In this document: positions 18,512 to 27,576 of the stretch, piece by piece
Layout of the letters: each line of letters opens with the position of its first letter
How positions within the stretch are numbered: position 1 is the stretch's first letter
From: Candidatus Saccharimonadota bacterium
GTDB lineage: Bacteria; Patescibacteriota; Gracilibacteria; Absconditabacterales; Absconditicoccaceae
NCBI GenBank assembly: GCA_030429145.1
Contig: JAUIDC010000001.1
Span: forward strand, 540,001 to 572,000
Reading direction: 5' to 3'
DNA length: 32,000 nt
Translations under genes and position numbers: made by a program
The notes under the pieces: model-generated
The model's input: only the letters and a program-made list of their open reading frames with translations
Told to the model about the DNA's origin: nothing
The model's database searches: none

Positions 18512-19957
18512 TCATTTTCTTCGTCGTGATTTGAGTTTATCCCGAGGGCAGAAGACGATTTGTGCCCCAATGATAATGATCATCAAGATCATAGAAAATC
18601 TCGCAAAAAGAGAGATGGTGGTACCTAGGCTTATATAGTTGCTGAGTTGGATATCTTTGAAGAAGGTAAAGAATAATCCTGCGAGTAGTACGATATGAAA
18701 TGTTGACCATAAGATGATTGATTCGGTCAGTCTGAGATGTTCGAATACAGCAGTACCTCTTTTTACGGTGTTCCAGTTGCTTACCATCTGTGCGTAGCTA
18801 TATGGAATATCTTCTGCACCGTGTGACCACCTTCTCATCTGTTTGTATTGAGCAGTGGCTGTTTTGGTGAGTGAAACGTTGAGATTACAGTCCTGATAGA
18901 CTTTTGCATAGACTGGCACACACTCATAGTTGCCATCCATAGCAAAGAAGCTTCTTCGATACTGATGACCATCTTCTACAATGGTTTGCTTTGACCAGAA
19001 ATGTGTCTCGAGAAGCCCGTCGAGAGGCTGTGCGTGTGTAGAAAAATTTCTTGTGCCACGCGCTTTGGTAAAGTTGAACAGTATCCAGAAACTATTGAAG
19101 AGACTAATAATCTTAGAGAAGAATGGTGCTTTCCAGAAGTTATTGAAGAAAAAGATAATTGGCTGATAGGCTTTATGTTTTCTATCTGGTGTAATAAGGT
19201 AGGTATACGTGAGAATAGAAAAGTATTCTTCGTCTACATTGGTGTCTGCATCGAGCGTCGTAACGAGTATGCTGTCGGGAGTAGTATGGAAATGTTCCAA
19301 TATTTTTTTGTATAATTTTTCGGCAGCAGTAGTGATATTTGCTCATTTGCCGACTAGTTCATCTGCTGCTAGCTCATGAAGTGTGTGATCAAAAAATCAG
19401 AAGACACCAGTAAATTCTTTTTCTAGTTTTTCCCATACAGACATGAAATGCTCTTTTTTTGCAGCTTCTCCGTTGACGGTGACAGCTAGTTTTTGTAGGT
19501 CATAATTGCTGTCAGCAAGAGCTTTTAGTGTGTCATGTAAAATCTCATAGCTCTCATTGACCATGGGGATCATACATCGATGGATAACATCTCAGGCGTT
19601 TTTATCCGTCGGCAGAGCGTTGCTCAGTCTTTTTTCCTCTGGCGTAAGATCATCCTTTTGAGAGAGGACGTGATCGTAACGATGCTTGTCCGTTTGTGAT
19701 AGTTGAAAGATAGCAATCATCATAAATGTCGCATACTCAAACCCTCTGATGAGCCATCGCACATAGTAGACAAGTATACATGCAGCAATAAAAAAAGCTA
19801 CACCTTGATATTGGTCTGCCTTATCAAAAAGGAAAATGCCATATCCAACACAGATGGTAGTGATAATAAGTAATGCTGCTGCACCTGGGAGGATGGTGAG
19901 AAATTTATATGCAAAGGGATGTTTTTTCTTTGCTTCGCTTATTTCAATATGTCGCAT
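18512..19957 (-). CDS. family 2 glycosyltransferase, processive synthase type (cellulose/chitin/hyaluronan-synthase-like)
   Basis: Track ORFs 19592..19975 and 18512..19300 are in one frame, joined through TGAs at 19592, about 19396 and about 19345. It has N-terminal TM helices, TLDADT (DxD), VEDGHQYRR (ED), QYKQMRRWSHG (QxxRW) and C-terminal TM helices. The start is ATG 19957, or GTG 19975, which overlaps the upstream stop. Confidence 0.8.
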
Positions 19958-19974
19958 GATATTACAGTAGTTCA

Positions 19975-21171
19975 CTAAAAGATAATAGCAAAGGCCGATG
20001 TATTATCTTTCTCGATAACAGGTTTGCTGAGTCTAATATGTACCTCATATTCACCGATCTTTCCTGAGGCATCTATACGGAAATATCTGTCAGAGACTGG
20101 GACGTTACAACCGACGCCAATCTCACAGACTTTGATCTGGTATTCCAGAAAAGGAAATATCTGATCTATCGTAGACGCGAGTTTATTTACTAAGTTGAAA
20201 GAAAGAGAGGTTTCAGTAAAGGTTGAATCGTTGAGTATGCTGCTAAAACCATCTGTTGCATCTATCACTGCACTATTTGCAGGTATCGCATTGTGTCCCG
20301 TCAACGATGATGAGACAATACTCGGCTGACGGATGAGGTTGTGTTCATAGTCTCCACCAGGTTCACCAAGATAAATATTTGGTGTATTCGTCCCATTCGA
20401 GTCACTAGAATCGTTGATGTGTGTCTCTCTGATGGCATTTTCAAAGTCGTATATTGGTGTTTGCTGGTTGTAGTCTACTCTAATTGTTGGGATAATAGAA
20501 AATGATTGTCACTGAGAGGCATTGTATCATTTGAATGACCAATTTGCTACGAGGTCGTCCTTGATGTTATCATTGTCTATATCGGTGCCGTTGTCTAGCT
20601 TATAGAGGCCGCCTCCACCAAATGAGCCAAGGATTTTGGGGGGTAGTCTGAGCGTTCATTGTATGTAGATACCGTTGCTTGCTGTCACGCGGCTAATAGC
20701 TCCTGTAACATATCTTTCACTGGCTGACAAAGCATTGTCCTTATACAAGGGCAACTCAAGTACGCTATCGTATCCTAGCATGTTAAACTCTTTACTACCA
20801 GTCCCTGCTAGTAGCCTCTCTACGTCTCAGCCTGATCCTTGTGGAATGAGACCGTCTGTCAGCGAGGTGATGGATCGCTGCATACTACCAGCGCTGTTTC
20901 TTGTGATTGAACCAAAATTGCTTGTGATAAGGTCAGCAGTCACTCCAGACACGGCTGTGCTTCCGCTAAATCCTCATCGTCACTCGTATCCTGCTACATG
21001 ATGTCTGAGAGAAAGGAGAGCTCTTTCAGTGCTTCCTATTGCTCCGTAGTAGGCGATATTGTAGTCTGCTGTGCTTCCAAGTATACCAAAAAATGGTAGT
21101 ATAGCCGAGTAGAGAGCTCATACGATCACAGCACCAGTTGCGATAATAGTGATAATGATTACGAGAAGCAT
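19975..21171 (-). CDS. membrane-anchored extracytoplasmic protein (398 aa, hypothetical)
   Basis: ATG at 21171, TAG at 19975..19977. Seven in-frame TGAs extend track ORF 19975..20304 about 290 codons upstream. It has an N-terminal anchor (MLLVIIITIIATGAVIVGALYSAILPFF) and a Ser/Thr/Gly/Asn-rich body. I recognise no motif. Track ORF 20675..21001(+) is its antisense shadow. Confidence 0.6.
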
Positions 21172-21235
21172 GAATATGCGCGACAGTAAAAACTACTGTC
21201 AGAGTAATGATTTGTTGTGCGTTCGCAAATAGAAA

Positions 21236-22165
21236 TTAATATCCTTTTGTCGTATCCCAAGGCCTCGTTTGCAGTTTTCTTTTCATGGCGAGAGCGGTAC
21301 CATAGTCTGATTGCAGATATTGTTTATCGAAAAGCTTTGACATAAACTGGTATTTCTTTCGTAGGTTCTGGTCGGTTGTAGCAAGTACAGAAAATACGTG
21401 GTGATGATTGAGATAAAGATTGAAACTTTCTGCAAAATCTTCGAAGGGATCACTCATAGCATAGCCACCAACAAATGAAAGTGTACGAGCGTCTGCGTGT
21501 CTCGTTGTATTATTTTTTCGACTAATGGTATAAAAATCAACAGATGGATCATCTATACGGAAAAATGAGTTGTCGACATTGTAAAATGAGTTTTGGATGA
21601 GACGACTATTTCACTGTAATACACTCAGGTCAACAATATGTCATAACTCATGCGTCAAAATTTCAATAAATTCTTCATCATTATGAAAGTTTCCCATGTT
21701 CAGTGTGATGGTTTTACTCCCTGCTCGTCATCTACGAGAACCTTTTTCACTATGCAAAGTAAGAGAGTAGAGAACGTCACTCAGCTTTACATTGTGAGCG
21801 AGTATATCATCGATACGATTTATTTGCCTGATGACTATTTCTTGATAGTGTCTTTTTTGCGTCTGAGAAAATTCTCCTATAAAGAGAATCTTTTTGCAGA
21901 GAGTTACCTGTGCGTCACAGTTATGATCTAGAGGGATTGGAGCAATCGTCGCTTGTGTTTTCATCGGTTGATCTTCTTTGACTGTTATGTGTACGGGAAG
22001 ATCGAAAGATGTGAGAGCTGCTCACTGTGCACTCTCCATCATGCGTGGAGATGTCGCTCTTTCTCCAGCTTGAGGAATATTCGTAAAATAGGTTGTACAT
22101 ACGCTGAGCAGTCAGCATGCAAGAAAGAAAATAGTCTTTGTCCTAGGTGTGTGAAATGTGCCCAT
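21236..22165 (-). CDS. secreted/lipoprotein zinc metallopeptidase-like protein (HExxH)
   Basis: Track ORFs 21236..21457 and 21728..21964 join in one frame through five TGAs. The N-terminus MGTFHTPRTKTIFFLAC has a lipobox-like FLAC. The zinc motif is H-E-L-G-H at 21638..21652, with TGA (21641..21643) encoding the Gly. Downstream lies GGYAMSDPFEDFAESF, typical of small putative zinc-binding metallopeptidases. An alternative ATG lies at 22207. Confidence 0.7.
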
Positions 22166-24218
22166 AATAGGATAGATCGGCTGAGATAATGTGTTCCAAT
22201 GGGCCATTTATACACAAAGTATATATTTTGTCAATGTTTATTTTCTGTGCAATACATTGGAGATAAAAGTCATAGCCCCCTATGATAATATTGTATGGAG
22301 AGGTTTTGATAGAGAATATGTTTTTTCATTTTCCGCCTGTAATATTTTCTCCATGTACCTTGTGTTTCTGTGGTTTATGGTTGTGGAGTCGAACAAGTAG
22401 TTCTTGTGATGTTTGTTTGTTGTTTGAGAAAATATAGATGTTTTTTTCATCGTAGGTGAGTTTGTCCTTGCCTGGTCGTGCGACGACAGGAGGAGTGGCA
22501 AATGGACTAGTATGTTTATTGAGAGGCTGTCGGTCTTTTTTTGTGTGAGACAGAAAAATAGTCTGGTAGGTGTCAAACAGTTGCTCAAATTCACTGTAAT
22601 CGAGATAAGAGTGCAGTTTTTTGACAGTAAAATGTACCTCGTTTCACTGTAGTCTCGTTGAGATAACGCATGGAGCGTTAAGAAGGTCCGTAAAGATAGT
22701 TCGCTTTTCTTTAACGATCTCTCGATCTTCGTCTGAAACATTGTTTTCTAGCGAATGTATCAGCTCTGTTATCTGAGGAAGGAGCAAGTTTATCTTGTAG
22801 AAGTAGGTGTTGTCTGCTATGTTGTCTACCTCGACAGCGCTATTGCTGACATCTTTGAGGAGATTGGCGACTTCGGTTTGCCATATACCCAAGAAAATAA
22901 CGAGCTTCGTATGCAATGTTTCTCGCGGTGACATCTTTGAGGAGTCTAACAGCTGGTCTCTGTAGAGCAGTGAATCAGTGATTTGTAAAAGTAGGTGTAA
23001 GTCAAATGGCTTTTGAGACCGTTTCATGTGAGTATCATATCGCCAATCTTGATCGAAGAAGAAGATGGTTGTGTACGGCATGATCTCATGGTTGCGCATC
23101 TTTTCATAGAGCATTTCGTGTGTGAGCAGTTCGACAGGCTTTGCTCACTGTTTCTTCTCTCTCTCTTTCAGAGCATGGTAGATCTTTCGATCAGAGCCGC
23201 TATTGAGATCGATATTGCTATGTTCGGACATAGCATGAAAGAAGTATTTGAGCGCAAAGTAGAGTTCATGTTGATCAAAAGATGTTTTACGAAAGAACAA
23301 TCATAGTAATTTTGCGTCAAAAAGATGCTGATTGCCAGTTTCTATGTGCGTAAGGCCGAGCTCGTGAAGTACATTTTTAGCGATCTGTATTTTATGTCTT
23401 TGGGAGAATGCATAGATGACATTTTCTTTCGGTAGAATCTTGCATGCTTCTTTGAGAGAGCGATCACCAGTGAAATGTCTAGCTTTATCAGTGAAAGAGT
23501 CAGTCGTTAAGGTGTCCGGTGTGATAAGTTTTTTGTCGCTCACATATGTCTTGTTGAGTAGTGGAATCGCCGTTGTCAGACCACTTGGTAGTGACGGTAT
23601 TTCTATAATTTCTGTAAGTGCACACTTGCCACGTTGGAGATAGCTCATTATTTGTTCGTACTTTGATGCAGTTTGTTCTATGCGTTTGATACACTCTAAA
23701 AACACTCTTTGAGTCGCATAGGCATCATAAAGTGCGTCGTGGTGTGTTGTGCCGTTAATCTTTTCTGCGCTATCGTTTTTTGCAAGAAGGAGCGACTTAT
23801 CAAGTACCTCAAGCGCATAACTTGGAGAAAATGGCATAAGCGACTGCGCTAATGGGAAGGTGTCTACTTGTGTCAAGTACTCAAAAGAGCCATATTGAGC
23901 TAAGATGCTCAGGTCAAACTGGATATTGTGTCCTATAACGACCGTATTTTTATCAAAAAACCTTTTTACCTCGTCGGATATTTCATGAAATGATGGGGCG
24001 TCTCCTAGTTGCTCTATCTCTAATCCCGTGATAACACGAACGATATCTTTGAGTTCTTGTAGCTCCTTTTTCGGCTTTATATAGCTGGAAAAAGTATCGA
24101 GAGTTTTTCCTGTATGATCAAAAGAGACAATTCCCACTTGAATTGCTTCGTCGTTCTCAGGGTCCAATCCTGTTGTTTCAAAGTCGATACACACATAACG
24201 CAGGTCTTTACGAAGCAT
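22143..24218 (-). CDS. DinG-like protein: N-terminal DEDDh 3'-5' exonuclease (DnaQ/epsilon-like) fused to a divergent helicase-like region
   Basis: Track ORFs 23301..24236, 22644..23114 and the region down to TAG at 22143..22145 form one frame, joined through four TGAs. Exonuclease motifs: CIDFETTGL (ExoI), VIGHNIQFDLSIL (ExoII), HHDALYDAYAT (ExoIII, DEDDh). The C-terminal region has DinG-like blocks (ELLTHEMLYEKM; IFFFDQDW at the DEAH position; IIIGGYDFY..INGPL), but I see no Walker A motif. I prefer ATG 24218 over TTG 24236. Confidence 0.75.
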
Positions 24219-24330
24219 TTTCACTGAAAAAAACAAAAAACATCATCCTAGCGACTATAGTTATGTGATGTTGCAAATCAAATAGACTTCCGCTATAGTA
24301 GAGACCTCATTTGTTTTTCTTTTCTCTGCA

Positions 24331-25611
24331 ATGACAGCAGTGCTGTGATTTTTTCTTCTATTTGCCGCACTTTACCATCTTTTGGTAACAGTTTTTGTTT
24401 ATGGACTTGGACGAGTGCAGCCTGAGATGCTCGTAATTTTCAGGGATATTTTTCGACTTGTGATTTTCTTTGTATTGGCGATTGTTCACAGAAAAATATT
24501 TGTGGACTATGTAAAGCGTACATGGAAGCTTTGGTGAGTACTTATTTTGCTAAGTTTCTTTGCGCTTGCTGTATCGTACATACAACAAAAAACAATGACT
24601 GATATGCTCGTATGAGCAAAGTATGGCATGCAGTTTTTCTTTGTGTTTTTGATGGCTACATTTCTTGGGCAGATCTTTTCTCAAAAAGGCGCGCAGAAGT
24701 TTCAATCCTTTCTCCATATCCTTTTCTATATCTTCGTTTGAATAATTATTGTCGGAATTCTTTGGCAGGTGGGTAAGATGTTCTATCCTGAGTTTTTCTA
24801 TTCGCTTGGATATGCGACATTTGGTGACTGGGTGTTTGGGCAGAACCCTCCTTTGTATTATCTGACCTGACCAGGTGGATATGCGAGACTGAGTGGTATT
24901 TTCTCATGACCAAACAACTATGGATATCTTTTTGTTGGACTGTTTGGCTTCTGGCGACGATATCTTCGCACCTATGTAAAACAGAGATGAGTGAAGGTGT
25001 TGCTTTGGGCCTTGTTTGCCTTTAGTGTTCTTTGGACGATGTCGAGAGGAGCTGTGCTAGGTATCTTTTTACAGATCATTGCACTGTCGTTTGTGCTTTT
25101 CCACGCAAAGCGCTCGTATATCATAGGACTTCTTATCTCAGCGATCTTGATAGCTGGGGCGCTGAGTCTTATTAAACGAGGGTCTACAATGGCTCATGTG
25201 ACTGCTAAATTTAGTAGCCTTGCCTATGTGCGAGCAAATCCGTGGGGTTATGGACTTGGTTCGTCGGGGCCGAGTATCCATACTGGTCACGGTAGTATTC
25301 TGCCTGAAAATTTCTTTGTACAAATACTGTTAGATATAGGTATTCCGTGAATGATTCTGTGGCTGTTGTTCCGATATATTGTACTCAAAAATATCCGAAC
25401 TCGTATCAGAAAGTTGGCTCGCCATGATAAATATGCGGTGTTGCTTATTTGTTTGTCTTTTGGTTTCTTAGGTCTTCTTCTAGAAGGAATGTTCCTTCAT
25501 GTCTTTGAAGACAGCATGGTCAACTATTGGTTCTTTATTCTGTGGGGTGTGACATACGGATATCTGTTAGTTCCACGTTCTAGTAGTTCTACTGAAGAAC
25601 AACAAAGTTAG
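24331..25611 (+). CDS. O-antigen ligase / Wzy_C-domain family membrane protein
   Basis: ATG at 24331. Eight in-frame TGAs (24346, 24535, 24613, 24739, 24868, 24907, 24988, 25348) join an unlisted 220-codon N-terminus to track ORFs 24991..25350 and 25351..25611. It is polytopic, with RLSGIFSGPNNYGYLFV, TMSRGAVLGIFLQ and the periplasmic-loop region GSSGPSIHTGHGSILPENFFVQILLDIGIPG typical of Wzy_C proteins. Confidence 0.8.
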
Positions 25612-26524
25612 TCACGACATACGACACACCGATGATGAGTATACCGATGATAATATAGAGGAAATTTTTCTTGATCCTGTCAATTTGTTTTTCGTCTGTT
25701 GGATTTCTGAGAAGGTTGATTGCTTCGACGATGATAAGTACTACGACGATGAAGCCAACAAGTCCCATAACCCAGTTGAGTACGACATAGAGCCACGCAA
25801 ATGATTTGTCTGCGAGTACTCCCGCACCGATGTCTGCGAGTGACGTTGCATTGGGATTGACGACATCTTCTTGTCTTCCGAATATCGTTTCGACAATAGA
25901 TTTTGAAAAGAGGATGGTCAGGATACCGACGGCATTCCAGATGATAATTGTTCTGGCGTGTTGCTTAATCTTGTCGTCAGGGTTCATCAAAAATCTGAAC
26001 ATATGGAGGAGGAGTATGAGAAATAGCACACCAACTACGACAAACATAATCATCTTTAAAAATGGGAAGATGATCAAGCTGTATAACTTTCGCGCGGCGA
26101 CATTTCCTTGTAGCTGAGTGAAGTCGAGGACTCCGCCTGAGCCAACGAGTCTATTAGCTATGAATGAGGCAGAAAGTATGATGATGATTCCTACAACACC
26201 TCGTAACACATATCTAAATCCTTTCTTTTGCTCTTCTTCTTTTTCTGAAGACATAATCTCATAAAATCACAATATCGACATCAAGACACCAACGATCACA
26301 ATGACCGGTACAATAATTTTCTGTAGTACGGCAATCACAAGATCTCTCGCTCATTCTGCTCATCCCTGCGCACCGGCGAAGCCGGCACCTTCCAGGTGTT
26401 GCTGGATAGGCTGTGTTGCATCTTGTATGGCATTGTCAAAACGTGCTGCACCAAGAAATCAGATATTGAGCGCAGCAAATCCGACAAAGAATATCGATAC
26501 AAGAAGTTTTTTCAGAGCGTGCAT
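25589..26524 (-). CDS. membrane protein of the VirB4 module: signal peptide plus VirB2/TrbC-like N-terminal segment, continuous with a 4-5 TM body
   Basis: ATG at 26524 (MHALKKLLVSIFFVGFAALNIGFLGAA..). Four in-frame TGAs. The frame runs without TAA or TAG into track ORF 25589..26254 through TGA 26267..26269. Under the standard code it would split into an 85-aa secreted TM protein and a 221-aa membrane protein. Track ORF 26301..26537(+) is its antisense shadow. Confidence 0.55.
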
Positions 26525-26550
26525 GTGGAGATATTAGTGGAGATAAAAAT

Positions 26551-27576
26551 CTATGATGATTGATGTGTATTTTGTGTGCTTTGACTTTCTATGTTGACGA
26601 CAGGCTTTGTTCTTTTTCCTCACAGTAGTGAGTAAAGAAGAGGCACCTTTGGTAGCTTACCTGAACTTATAGTCATAATGATCTTGCCAAGCAACAATAT
26701 TTGTGGCAGTAGTGCAAGATTTGCACCTACTGTTGGGTCACTATTGAGCCGTGTGATATAACCTCGGTAGCCGATTGCTCAGATGACGACTATATAAGAG
26801 ATGATGGTACGTCGGTGTGTGAGGGGTTCTAGCTGACTGTAGGTGTGTTTTCGTGTGTTGATCTCTTGAGATAGTGTAGAGTTTTTTTGAAAAAGTTTTT
26901 TGAGCGGATGAATAAGTAATGAGAGTGGATATGCGATGAACTCTTCTATGTTTGTATGAAATCGTTTGTTGATGCTTTGTTTCATAGAAAGAGACAAGAT
27001 GTCCATCCCAGCAAGTAACATGATACATCTGATCGCGATAATGATGAATCCTAAGAATATAACAGTAGTCGTTGGCCAGATGCTGATCAAGATAATATAG
27101 AGAGACCAAAGCAGTACGCTTTCTTTGATCCATCGGTAGTTATTCTTGTCGAGAGTCTCGTTGTACCAAAGATAGAAATTGTAGAGTGGAATGAAATAGA
27201 TGAGGATAGTGGGATTCGTATGTGCCACTGTTTTCTCTCATGGCTGTATTTCTTGATGCACTATGGTTTTGTTATTGATGACAGCAAAAACGCCTATGAT
27301 GATCATGGCGATGACGATACTCATAAGTCCATAGTTGATCCAGTAGAGAACTGGTATAGTGAAAAAGAGTGTGTAGGTTCCTCGAACGATGAGAGCTGTA
27401 GCTAGCATAGTTAGCACCCAATATCCATAGCGGATATAGCTTTTCACATAGCTTTCTTCGTCTGCTGTGATGTCGATATTTTTTTCTTTCAGCATAAAAG
27501 AGACAGCAGGTGCCAGTAGCATGATAGCTGCAAGTGACGCAAGGTGTTTATCTGTAAATGTGTTGTTTGATGACAT
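26551..27576 (-). CDS. polytopic membrane protein of the VirB4 module (about 8 TM; VirB6/TrbL-like role possible)
   Basis: ATG at 27576 directly abuts the virB4 stop (TAG at 27577..27579). Track ORFs 27238..27576 and 26779..27228 and the tail to TAG at 26551..26553 form one frame, joined through TGAs at 27238, 26779 and 26620. The translation is very hydrophobic. I recognise no motif. Confidence 0.55.

Noticed and set aside
20675-21001. Plus-strand ORFs opposite long minus-strand genes (20675..21001, 26301..26537, 27647..27889, 28424..28828, 23013..23306, 18052..18638).
   Set aside because: Each lies antisense to a longer gene with better motif support (orphan surface protein, pilin-like membrane protein, virB4, DinG-like, hydrolase/GT2). 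Their translations are Cys/Ser/Arg-rich and not protein-like.
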